In this document: positions 40,742 through 53,110 of the stretch, in pieces
How positions within the stretch are numbered: the stretch's first letter is position 1
Layout: each line of letters starts with the position of its first letter
Assembly (NCBI GenBank): GCA_051362555.1
Contig: CM120643.1
Location: forward strand, 18,790,848 to 18,854,847
Length of the DNA stretch: 64,000 nucleotides
From: Lingula anatina
Lineage: Eukaryota; Animalia; Brachiopoda
Direction: 5' to 3'
Program-made: the position numbers and the translations under genes
Notes under the pieces: generated by a model
Databases searched by the model: none
What the model was told of the DNA's origin: nothing
The model's input: only the letters and a program-made list of their open reading frames with translations

Positions 40742-42667
40742 CTGTTGAAAAAGCAAATGCAAAAGAACATTAATAAACATAAATCATAGTCAATTGCTAG
40801 ATATGAAAGCATTATAAAACAGTTGACAAGAACAGTGTAATTGTAATATGTAAGGCACAGGGGGCAGAAGGGATGGGGGCGAGGCATGTGACCCACTGTG
40901 CCTCCTTCATAATCCAATGTAAATACACTTTTCAGACAGTACTGTATGTGATTACATGGTTCACACCAAGTATTCTCAACACATTGCTGCATCTATGCCA
41001 AGCAAGATCTTTGGCATACCTATTCTGAACCAGAATTATGTGTAGAAACTGCAATAACATAACAAGATATCATGGCCCATGTAATATGCCTGTCTTAATC
41101 TTTGGATAAACGGATTCACAGAAAGCTGAAACATTTTCCAAGAATATATAAATATATAGTAAGAATGTTTACTACAGAATGAAGATATATATATATATGT
41201 ATTCTCCAGGACACAGGCTTTCATGGAATAGCTGCCCTCCTTAACAATAATGGTCACATTGGCAGCTGGAGGGCCACCACATAAGGATATGCGTCAAACA
41301 GCAAAATTAGGGCTGGTTCAAATTGAAACTATCATTCCACAGAGATCGTGGGGACTCTCTCTGAATGCTATCAGATTAACATGCCTCTCTTAGAAAAAAA
41401 CAGAAAAGCTGGTGATTATATGAGTACATTAGAAACAAGAAATTAATGTGTTCACATTTAGGGAGAGACCACGCAAAGTTGGATAAATCTTTGTAAAATG
41501 ATAATTTCAATGGGGATGAGCCCTAACATAGACATACATACACACACATATTTTTATTTTATTTATTTTTTATTTTTATTTATTTATTTATTTATTTTTT
41601 TTTTTTGAGGGTTAAATTAAAAGTCAAACACATCCTGCACATTGCATGTGATTTTCTAAGATAACCTTTATTCAAGAATAAATCAAATAATATACTTTGC
41701 AATATCATAAATTAAGTAACCTGAGCTTTAGCCCATACGATACTAGTTTCTAGACCGTAAGTTATGAAACTCTCGAGCCACACTTTGGCATTGACTTGTC
41801 CTTCACGGTGAATCTCAAAGATTTGCAACAGCAAGGGTCTGTGCATAGTATTGTACGTAATACCAGGTACAAGTCAAAGCATTAAGGCTTGAAAACACCT
41901 TTTATACTTACAGGTGCCGACGAAGGCGGCCGGTGCATATTCGGATGTACATTCATGCTCCCATATGTAGTTTTCAAAACACAGCTAGGCACCCAATAAT
42001 ATTGTATAGTTGCGTACTTCTTATTTTGTGTTAACGGTCAATTGGCTGTAACTAAGAGTTGTAAAAAATAGTTTTATTTGAAATTGTAAAATTCTGATAA
42101 ATTTTGATGGCAGATATTGGATGATTTACCTGTTCAATGATTCAAAACTATTTGGTAAAACGACAGTCAACTCTGAATGCAGACGACTCACTTTGGTAAA
42201 CGGTGCTTGATAAACAAGAACCTGTTATGCATTTTTAGACAAATTTGATAGAAAAGCGACATAGGCCCACACAAAGACCATAAACTCCATTACTTTTAGG
42301 ATACAAAATTAATATTGTATCCTAGATTAGTTTTATTTTCCTTATGTGCTCAGTTAATGCGAAAAAAAAAAAACATTTTGCGAGATAATTATTAATGCTC
42401 TCGCATCAACAATTCATCGAGGTGAATTTGCGAACGTCGAACTGTTGACGTAGGCCTACATGTGTACATTAATGTAACAACAGCGTTTGGGGGGTGAAAC
42501 TGAAACATCACTTGTAAACAAATCTCCCTCACCTGATCAGCTAACAACACCTTTTTTAAACACAATAAAGACTCAATAGGCCTAAACACTAAAATCCACT
42601 TTTTTTAATTAGGTTTACTCATGATTTTAAACAGTAAAGAGGCGAAAAATGTCTTAAACGTGTCATG

Positions 42668-42922
42668 CAGTGGCGGATTAAGGGGGGGAGTCAGGGGGGG
42701 TCCCGACCCCCCCCCCCCCCCCCTTCGATTTCTGAAAAAAATAACACCAATAGTTCCCTCTTGAAATTAGAATTTTGGCTAGCTGTATCATAGTTCTAAA
42801 CCGTACCAAATGGCACCGCTCGCCCTCTAAAATACCAAAAATTTTCGGGGCCCGCTGGGGGCGGGGGCGGCTTCACATCCCCGGACCCCCTACCCTTTCA
42901 AATAATCCTGGATACGCCTACG
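42668..42922. mobile_element. GC-rich MITE between DHODH and the EF-hand gene
   Basis: cagtggcggatt...G-run/ccgacc/C-run...aatcctggatacgcc; typical CAG(T/G)GGCGGAT-ended element with a degenerate right end. Confidence 0.65.
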
Positions 42923-43297
42923 TGTTACCATAATGTCCGATATAGGTCTAAGTCTCTCTGAAACTTGGGGTAGAATATTCATTGCTGTTGTGGCTGTGTA
43001 AGATGTGCACCAAACACAATAACTGCGGTGGTTGAGATGTCAGAGTGGGAGATTAGAAAAACAGCTGGTATTACCTGCATCTATCATTAATGAAAGTCAA
43101 AGGCCACGAATGCCGATCGTTTATAATTGTACAATGTGCCACGTGTTTTGTAAATTAATTTCCATTGGCTGCCCATTACGTAGATAGAATGCGCGTGACG
43201 TGGCTTCTTTTTTAAAGCTTATTCATATATTTGTCTAATTGTCTGGGTTAGGCCTACCCATTTGTATTCGATTCGCTTTTCGATAAAACCCCACAAT

Positions 43298-43353
43298 ATG
43301 AAGGTTGCACTTCTTGCATTGGCTGCATATATTGGTGTTCTTTACGGGCAAGG
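43298..43353 (+). CDS. Secreted EF-hand protein exon 1 (signal peptide)
   Basis: MKVALLALAAYIGVLYGQG, donor gg|gtgagt, phase 2; CCAAT-like (43163) and TGACGT (43196) motifs upstream. Confidence 0.75.
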
Positions 43354-46113
43354 GTGAGTATACATGTAATACACAAAGATATTGAACGAAAATATTAGCA
43401 GGAACTGGTTTAAAGTAAAAAGTGAACTAGGAAATCAAACAGCAACACTGTTTTTGGGAAAATATCCCTCTGTTATCAGGGCTATATAGACCTTTTTAAT
43501 ACGTAAATATTAAGGTAAATTTTCTCCAATAGTGACATTTATTTTAATCAAGTACGTATATGTTTTATATTAAAGGTAGAGTTCTTTCGCAATAACAATG
43601 CCGATGATCATTTAATAATGTGTAGGCCTACTTTGTAATTAGTGAATTTAGAGTTCTCTAAAACCAAGACATTGGTCCTCTGTTGTTCTTCTATAACGGC
43701 AAGCGTGGACGGAAAAAATTATTTTAATCGGTCTCCGTCGTTTGACGTTGTTTTCATACAACAAACTTTGTCCCTGCTACTCCAGACAGAATTGCGAATC
43801 TTGCAGTACAGTTACATGTACATGTAATTGCTTAGTTGCCGAATAGTTGTAAGCTGCTTCTATTCAACTGAGTCTATACATTTTAGCAATTCAGTTGTTT
43901 CATTTGAGGTATTAATTCTATATATTACTTATATTGTGTAAATTATGTAGTCTCGTGAGCCTGCAAATGTATTCATATCATTTAGTGCTCAATAAAACTT
44001 ATTATTATTATTATTTGAGGTATTAATGTGATTATCTAAATCCATTTCAACGATACAACGTACCTGACACTCAGATGTGACTTGATTAAATTATCCGGCG
44101 TCAGAAATACAGCTTCGTAATTTTTATTTTGTATATGCAATATAGTTAATCTAAGTCCATACTACGTAGTGATCTTTGACGGCTCGTATCATGATCAGAA
44201 TTTACTACATGTATCGTTGTTACTAACTTGTATTTTGGCAGCTTGATTTTGAAAGGGATAGAAAAGAAACGAAACGAAATGCTGGTGTTTACCATTATTA
44301 CACTTACAGAAAAGAAAAATAGAACAGCTTTCATAACAATGAAAAAAGATAATGTCATAGTCTACCATGTAAAAATTGGCAAATACAGGCATTATTGAAA
44401 TGAATGCAATGTGAATTGACAGCAAGAGAAAGAACATTTAATTGACTCTTTTTTTTTCTTTTTTGTATTTGATGACTGCGTGTTGTCATTAGCTTATTCA
44501 ATGTCGTTTGTTAGGACCCACATGGTGGTTTAACGTAAGTTGCAGTTCTTCCGCTTTATTTCCTTTTTGGCGACAGAACAAACAGCAATGTTTTATCGTA
44601 TACCTTTAGAAAAAATAAAAATTGGATTTTGAAATTAAAGAACATTGTTGAACATCAGGAAAGATATTAAGCAGTAATTAGGACTTATAATATTTAATTT
44701 ACAGTGCACCAATTATAGTGGTAATTTATCTGCAAGTGGCACCCAAATTTACTTATAAAAGTATCGTCAATTTATCCCAAAAAATCATATCACAACACAA
44801 GGTACATACGTATAGCAGATTAATAATACTTTATTTTAGAGTGTTCACTTTATTAATCTTTTTAAACTTATATTTCATTTTATCGGTAAAAAAACAACGT
44901 AATTTTTTTGCCTTTTCTACAATCTTAAATTCCTTTTTATCAAAATAACCAAACTTCGCCCAAGATAGTTCCAAGTGAATAAATGATGGGTTTATTTCTT
45001 TCTCATTCTTTTAGATAAATTTTCTTAATTTTGTTTTTCACTTGTTATATACCAGAATAAAAAAGTTGAACGAACCCTCACATACACACTGCAATGTTTT
45101 GAGCAGGAAGATGAAATCTAACAAAAACGTGATTTGTATTTAATTTGTACTTGTGTAAAACGTGTGGTTTCAAACCAATTTTAAAAAGACTCCTAGAATC
45201 CAAAACAAATAAGAAAAAAGGAATAACATGTTGTGATATATAGTTTCGGCCTTGTATTTTTATAAATTAATATTTGAAACGTTTCCTTCTTATTGCCAAG
45301 AAAAGCTGCCTAGATTTCAAATCCCTCGTATCGATGAACAGATTTTGGTAATATTATTTATTTAAAGGTATCCTACTTGAGATTTTGCCGCCAAATGGAA
45401 TTATTTTCAAAAAAGAGTGAAATTCTCCTACTCATGAATTATTTTTTTAACCATCCCTGCACTTGGATTCGACTTTTTATACCATATAAATTAAATAACT
45501 TAGTTCTAGATGTGTCTAATAATTTATACAGTACTGTCATCCTGTGCATCTCAGAAGAAATCATCAGCATTAGGTACTTTTATTTGAGGGATGTTATGGC
45601 ATTTGAGGCCTGAATTGGGAATTATAAGTAGCTTTGCAAGATATGTAGGCATGCAAAGTATGGTTATGGGACATTGTCGAACATGGATATAGTATTCCAT
45701 TTAAGGATTTCAAGGTTATTACTTCTAGAAAATGGGTAAGAATATTTAACACGCATTGATAATTTTTTTTTCGTCGGACATAAATTGTTTTAACAATAGT
45801 ACGCTTCCCATTAACTTAATAAATAAACACAGTTAATAATTTACATTGAAAAACGTTTACAAGTATTTTCATCAATTACAACCATAGAACAACACATTTA
45901 CAACGGTCTATTAACTATAATATAAAACTGTCACTGATATGCATTTTAATTATAAACTTTAGTTGTAATTTTAATTTAAAAATAAATATTGTGTGCATTA
46001 TCGATATCTGTCTGTATGCACCTATAACAATGTACTAATTAATGTGCAGATATTTTGATATCTGACAAACCAACATGCATCGTTTTAACATTATCTCAAT
46101 ATGATATTGATAG

Positions 46114-46253
46114 CATGACAGGAGAGTTCCCGGACCAGTACGAGCAGCTAGCTGCTATGACAGTTGGGAGATGGTTGTGCGTGGTTTATGACCTAAACAA
46201 GGACGGCGTTTTAGCTGAACAGCAGGAGACGATCGACTCCACGGACGAGGATG
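46114..46253 (+). CDS. Secreted EF-hand protein exon 2
   Basis: tag|c ATG ACA..., phase 2 to phase 1; YDLNKDGVLAEQQE EF-hand-like loop; ends DED G|gtaaat. Confidence 0.8.
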
Positions 46254-46265
46254 GTAAATTATACA

Positions 46266-46430
46266 CAAGCCCGTAGACTTTCAAAGGGGGAAGGGGGTCT
46301 TTTTCTGAAAAGGGGACCTTTTTACCATGAAAACCCCACAGATCAATTTTTCACTATCTAGAGCGGACCTTTCCCAGCAAAAAGGAAGGTTTATTCGAAG
46401 CCCCAACTCCCGATCCCTCCCGAACCAGCC
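46266..46430. mobile_element. Degenerate family-B MITE copy
   Basis: caagcccgtag...tctttttctgaaaaggggacctttt...gacctttcccagcaaaa, colinear with 61001-61167. Confidence 0.7.
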
Positions 46431-47138
46431 AGCAATAATTACATCTGAACTAGTACAAAAACGTTGCGTAGTAAGATAACTTAAGCAGCATTACCTAAAA
46501 AAAAGCCATATAAACTGATGAAACGCGCCGCAAGTTGGGATGATATGCAGATGGTGTTTTTAGTGAAAGGCGTTTAACGTCATATATACATTGGTTCTCA
46601 TATCAGCTCTTTCCTCTCTACAGTGTATAACCAGTCACAAAACTTTAACAACTGGACAGAACGACTAAGTCTTTGAAATTGTTTCGACGTTTTTAATTGA
46701 TAATGTTTAAATTCTTTGACAAGTCCACCCACCCGTCTCCCTCTCCTGATCAGCTGGTCTATCACTTCCCGCATACATCTCCCCGTGCCTAGGCCCCCTT
46801 CCCTGTTGCTCTCACCAATATCTATATGTGTACTAATAGTGTTACCACAATTATTATTATTATTACTTCTATATTATCATAATTAACTCATTTATTTACT
46901 TTAATTTATAATAGCGCATTATTATTACCTTTATATAATTATAATTAATCTATTTATTTACGATTTATTATAATACCGCAGGCGAGCACATAATGCTGTG
47001 GCGAAGTGCCGCCTGCTCTGAATTTATTTATTTTGTATATATCATTATTGTAGAAATAAATCTGTTTAAAAAAATTTTGCCTAGTGAGCCAGACACTAAA
47101 GCGTTAGTCTCTATTTCTTCTTTAACTGCTGCTTCTAG

Positions 47139-47300
47139 GAGACGGTCAAACAACACGTGATGAATTTGTACGAAGCTGGTTGAAGAAAGATGGAAGACTG
47201 CATGAAAATTGGATTGGTACAATATTCGACTGGATCGATACTTCAAAAGACGGCATCTTAACAATGGAAGATTCATTCGTTGAGGCTCAGCATGATCCAG
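47139..47300 (+). CDS. Secreted EF-hand protein exon 3
   Basis: Completes the canonical loop DEDGDGQTTRDEF and adds DTSKDGILTMED; ttctag acceptor, cag|gtatgt donor. Confidence 0.85.
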
Positions 47301-48149
47301 GTATGTGATCACGTGACCAGGGAAATACACCATGTCATTACTGTCACCATGTCAATAAAATTTCTCCTCTTCATCAGCATTTGTTACTTGAAATTGTTCA
47401 GTGCGGTTTGATAAAACATCAGTTCGGTTACTGGGTAAGGTAACCAAAATGCTTTCAAAGAATTTTCATTAAAATCAGAGAAGCCTCCGTTGAAATGCAC
47501 TATAGAAGTAATGCGGTTAGTCTAAGTCACGTAAAATTAGTGTGAAATTATAGCAAATATTATAACTTGGGCGTATAATCAAAATAAAATTTAAGTGAAG
47601 ATTAAGAACATTTAGTGCACTCAGTAGAAAACGTTTGAGGAAAAGTAGATGGCGTTCAAGAACACACACACACACACACACACACACACATTTGCAGAGA
47701 AAGAGACAGCTATGACGATGACAAAGATTAGTTTTCTCCTCCTGTATACCCAACATAAATTAGATAAACAGCTCATGTTTAATCAGGAAGATCGGTAGTA
47801 GAAAATGTCTTTGACCTACTGTCGCAAATTTGTAAAATCAAATTCAGTACAACACAAGTAATTCAGTTACATGTATCAAACAATGTGTTTGTTTATATGT
47901 TTATTACAACTTATTTTCGTATGTGCTAACTTTGTTTCAGAAACTAATGTTCTCCTTATAAAGGACTGTATCCCGATTTGTGCAGATGTAAGTTTTGTTT
48001 TGCTTAATTTAAAACCCATACAGTTAGTTATACACTTCATGTGCATACAAAATTTTAATTTGCCAGAACATTTCAACAACATCTCTTTAAAATAACCCTT
48101 TACAATATCGAAATCTATAAGCAGTTTTTTCTTACTTTTTGTTTTTCAG

Positions 48150-48223
48150 CCAGACTCGAGCTTGAAAATGGAGTTATTTCTTTTTACGATTTTGTGCGAT
48201 TTTTTACGATTTTGTACGGGGTG
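48150..48223 (+). CDS. Secreted EF-hand protein exon 4
   Basis: Long pyrimidine tract plus cag; ARLELENGVISFYDFVRFFTILYG(V), a degenerate fourth EF-hand. Donor position uncertain (exon ends at 48220 or 48223). Confidence 0.6.
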
Positions 48224-49044
48224 GTACCTTATAAAAAAAAAAAAAATTAACTTTGCTATTTTAATGTATTACGTGCAATGCATGTCTCAAGACGGCACCT
48301 CCGGTGCAGGAGGTTTGGGGTTCATTTCTCATGGCCGGCTCATAACAAAGATCACTTTAAAAAGTACACCTACTGTTTCATCATTAAGATCTCAGCGTAT
48401 ATATAGAAGATGAAGCAGCTTACCCTTTGTATGAATGATAACTGTGAGCGCTTCATATGCAGCTACAGCAGGGTTGAACAGATCCATAAAGAGTATGTGT
48501 AAATTGTGCTTGAGTAACACCAATATTACCAAATTAAATTTAATCTCAATTTTTGACATTGTCCAATCCAAGTTATAATATATATAATATTTACTTGTTA
48601 ACAACAACCGTCCAGGAAAAAGATTGCAGCAAATCTCGTGTACATGCTACTGTAAAATGTGAACCAACAAAATGTCTGCAGTGCCGTTCAAGTGTCAGGT
48701 TGCTTGTTAATTTACCATAAGTATTGTTATGAGCTGAAATAAAATTGAATTTATTTATTTTTGCGATTTTATTGTAGTATTTTCTGGAAGACAAAGAAAC
48801 GTTTAAACAGGAAATCATGGAGCAGATAAAGAAGCATGCTTTCGAAATAAACGGTAAAGATAAGTGATGTTTTCTTAAAAGAGAAAATAATTACTTTGCG
48901 TGAAATCTTAAATATTTCATACAAGACAAACACTAGAATAATACCTTTTATATTCCTTTCCGGACATAATTCTCTCTCTCTTTTACGAAGATAGCATTGT
49001 GATATATTACCTGTTATATATATTACCTGTTTTTACCTTTTCAG

Positions 49045-49101
49045 ACCTTTTTTAATGGACAAAAACCGGAATCCACGGACAGAATTTCCTTCCGTAGATG
49101 A
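49045..49101 (+). CDS. Secreted EF-hand protein probable last exon
   Basis: ccttttcag acceptor; TFFNGQKPESTDRISFRR* in phase 0; AATAAA at about 49171. Confidence 0.5.
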   Translation, partial: TFFNGQKPESTDRISFRR

Positions 49102-49881
49102 AAAATTCCTTGGCTTCATTAAATGAATATCATTCAGACATTCCCTTCATAACCTTATCCCTAATATTCAAATAAAGGCATCTTAGCAAGATCAACGCTT
49201 AATCTGAGTTTGGTTTGATGTTATAGCCGTATTTATTTAGATACATTCTAAGCAAATACTTAGTAACTTATTCGCAACAAAAGGTCACTTGTGTTTGACA
49301 TCCAATATAGGTCGGTCCCCAACTTATCTCGAGACGAACCAGCTACGCGTAACTTTTGGTTAAGATCACCTCACCACAGGCACAACATCTAGTCCCTCTG
49401 TTGACCCGCTCATTGCTTTTAAACAAACGCTTCATCTTCGTTTCAATGCGGTAATATACAGACACGAAGACAGAGGTTGGCGGTTCGTTAAATGTACATT
49501 ATGCGAGATCACGAGGTGATTTTCACGTATGGGAGGGGGGCTTTCTTGTCATTGTGGTATGTATTCCCAATAACAATGACCTGTATTGTTAAATTAAAAA
49601 AAAACATTTCTAATATCTGAAATATCTGAATTAATTGAAATTAGGTTACGAGAAAATAAATTATACAAAGCATCTCAACAAAGAATTTTTTTCTTTTCGA
49701 ATTTATATCACAAAAGAATACTTGAACTACTCAACTTTGTAACTCTAATTATATTTTTGTGAATTGTAATTAACCTATATTATGATTGTTATGACTGTTA
49801 GCGCTGTTGTAAAATTTGTTTGTGATAGATTTGCAAACGCGCTAAGTTGTATTTTACTACTACTTCAAATATTTCTATTAT

Positions 49882-50042
49882 AGGCTATTCACACTAGCAT
49901 TTTCGACCGCGGTCAAGGCCTGACCTCGGTCCTATCGCGGTTAACTTTTCTAATGTACAGACGTAGCCCTGACCGCGGTTGAAATAAACCCAGATCGGGA
50001 GGTGGGTATGATCGGACTACTCCTGACCGCGGTCAAGACCGG
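49882..50042. mobile_element. Truncated Harbinger-like MITE
   Basis: aggctattcacacta terminus and repeated gaccgcggtc palindromes; partner end missing. Confidence 0.5.
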
Positions 50043-50865
50043 ATGTCTACTTAGTACATCTGTCCATTTTGATTTTACTCTAGCCTTAAGCTTCCTACAT
50101 GTATGTGCGAATTATACTCTAGCCATACTACATTTACCTAAATTTAGTTATCGGTGATGACTTTTATCAGCGCCTTTGCTATTTCACTAAATAATGTTGG
50201 CGCTTAACTGAGAAATTTTAGAATCTTTTTTTTATTAAACCTTCAAGCTCTTTGACCAATGAGACTACAGTGAATTCAATTTCTCTCCCTTGCGTTGGCC
50301 TCATAATATTTAAATATGGCATGAAGCTTCATGTAAAAACATCGATGAATCAGTGAATGAATTGCCATCCTAATTTATTTGAAAAGCGGATACATTGCTA
50401 TCGGTTTTAGGGTGGGGATAATACTGCAAAAGTGCCAAAATTATAGCAAACTAACATTTTCATGCTCATAAATTAATTTGAGCTGTTGTGTGGATCTAAA
50501 AAAATACCAGGCGTACCCCGGTACGCCCATTTTAAGCAGTATCACAATCAATAACTGGTTATGAACTCTACCAAGACTTACTTGACTTTACATCAGTCGG
50601 TTATAAAGATGCTTATACAATTGTAATGAGAAACAGACTATCGACGTTAAGGGTCCAATTTGTGACTTATTATTGGTGCTGAAAAGCTTTAATATAAGTG
50701 CAAAATACTAGTAAATAATGTGGAGTTGTTTTAATTCACTTGATAAAATAAATTAAACTTTCCATGCATTTTACAAAAGTCTTTAACAAGCATCATAAAA
50801 AGAAACAAATAAGAAATGTGTGTACGTTTTAGTACCGATTATTTCCGCATAGGTTTGCCGCCACA

Positions 50866-51006
50866 TACCCTCTACCAGGGTCACAGATGGGTTTTTCACT
50901 ATATATATTCATACGTTTTTCTCTGTCTAAATCATGATATCGATTCTCTGTTCTCCCGCGCTGGAGAAAAGTGCATATAATAAATCTGCGGCCCTGGTAG
51001 AGGGTA
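50866..51006. mobile_element. 141-bp MITE with 9-bp TSD
   Basis: TACCCTCTACCAGGG / CCCTGGTAGAGGGTA; flanks gccgccaca / gccaccaca. Confidence 0.75.
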
Positions 51007-52763
51007 GCCACCACACACCGTCAGCATCTTCGTAAATATTGAATCGGTGCTTGGCATTTTGATTCATGATCTTGGCATGCAACTGTAGTCCAGTCACCGA
51101 AGCATATATACACCAAGTATTTTATGTACATGCTTAAAAGCATTCATTTTGTTCACTTTTTTCATAATAATCATATTTTAATTCTTAAAAGAATATCCCT
51201 GTTTACATCGGGCGGCTAAAAAAATAAATAAATAAATAAATAATATTAATGATAAACGTTGCTAATTTCATATTTCAATAAATTCAACAGTTTGAATATA
51301 TTGCAGTAAAATTTCTGATGACTGAGAAGTTATTGAACTTTGAAATTAGTTACATTTTTTCTTTCTTTCTTTTTATTTTTGAGGCACCCGATATACATGT
51401 ATTGTATAAGACACACGCCTACTGCTTTACTTTATGATAAGAAACAATGGGGATATTCATAAACCCGCCAATCTGAAAATAAGATGTAAGAAAATAAGAA
51501 AACAAACACTGAATTTAGACAGTGTACCACATGAATGTATACTTTGTTTATTTGTACATTGTCGGGTTTTTACCAGCTACTGGCACTCCCATGTTTTCAT
51601 TGTATAGTATTCTAAAGCGGAAAATAGTTTAAAATATCGTGAAAATCCCCTTTATCTCAGCTTCAGATCAGTCTGGTTCACGTGTTCAACCAACTCAAAA
51701 GACGACCTCATAGAAAGTCAATATTTTATCACGCGTTCCTCAAAGCGCAAAGAAAATTTCCAAATCAATATGCATTACACGCTGCAATAAAGCTTTTTTT
51801 TAAATTTAGACCATGAAGCTTAAGGTTGATTAGCTCTTGTTTGAAATATGATATCTACAGGAGAATACATATTCAAATATAAGGCCCTCCGCTTTCAAGC
51901 TTAGTTTTTCATCACTACAAGGATTATTTCCAGCAAGCTCCTCAAGAACGTTTATACATTCTGCAATTATCTTCAGAATGAAGTAGCTGCGTTATAGCGC
52001 TAAGAGATGCCAAAAAAGTTTCTTTGTTTGTCTTAAAGGATCGAAATATAATTATGCTACTAATAAGGTGGGGTTTGATTTTACTTTAATTTGATTCTAC
52101 ATCTCTTCCAGGAATGTAGTGTTCAGGACAAAAGTTTATGGGTTGGCAAATAATCTTGTGCTCATAGTCGATGTCACTGTGTCACGTGACAAATATTAAT
52201 GCTCAGTAATGCTCTCTCTCTCTCCGGCTGCCTCTCTCATTTTGCGGTACGCCCGGCGAAACACCAAGCTTTATATTCCTTTACATATGTTTGTCACCCA
52301 GTTGTCTATCAATAGTGTCATTTGTCTGCCTTAGTGTCATTTATCGGATTTGTCTGCTTCTGTGCCTGTAGTTTCAATTTTGAGCCTTATAAGTTGCGCA
52401 GTTTTGGCCTCATATGATCTACCTGTGAAAAAAAAACGAGGCCAGGGCCCGGTTGCACCAACCGGTCGTAAGTGAGGCGTAGCAGTTGCGCCGGCGTAAA
52501 CAGGGCGCAAAATGCTACGCCCGAGAAAAGCCAGTTGCACCAAACTGGAATAGTGTTTACGTCGGTCTTAACTTTGTCCTAAATTTACGCCTGCTAGCTA
52601 GGTGGAGTAAGTCGGTCGTAGCTCGTTTTGCACTATGGCTAGGCTGGCACAGAGAGAGTTTGATGACAATTACCGTAGTTAACGTAGATTATGTAGGTTG
52701 TTATTTGTTTGTTTCTTATACAAAACTTCCTTCTGCATAGCTTGGTTTTAAAAAAAGACTAAT

Positions 52764-52801
<38 letters not shown>

Positions 52802-53110
52802 TGTGATTATTAAATACATTACGTATGTAGCCATGTACATGTACATGTACATGCATGTGTTCAAATTAAATCTTACCACTCATGTCGACACGCCTTGGCT
52901 CTCAGCAGTACGGTTTCTATAATTCTTTTCACAATTTTTGACAAACCATAACTAACCAGTCATTTTTTATTCACATTTTATATCATTCATATTTTACTGT
53001 ATATAAACAAAGAGATGAAAGCTTTAAGTATCAACATTTTAAGGCTCTCATAATATGTATTAGGTCTCTTGTATTTCTCAATCTCCAAGATGTAAGATCG
53101 ATTGAATTAA

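Noticed and set aside
42192-42232. ATG-containing candidate first coding exon of DHODH (MHNRFLFIKHRLP)
   Set aside because: It ends in phase 2 while the 40741 exon needs phase 0; at best a UTR exon.
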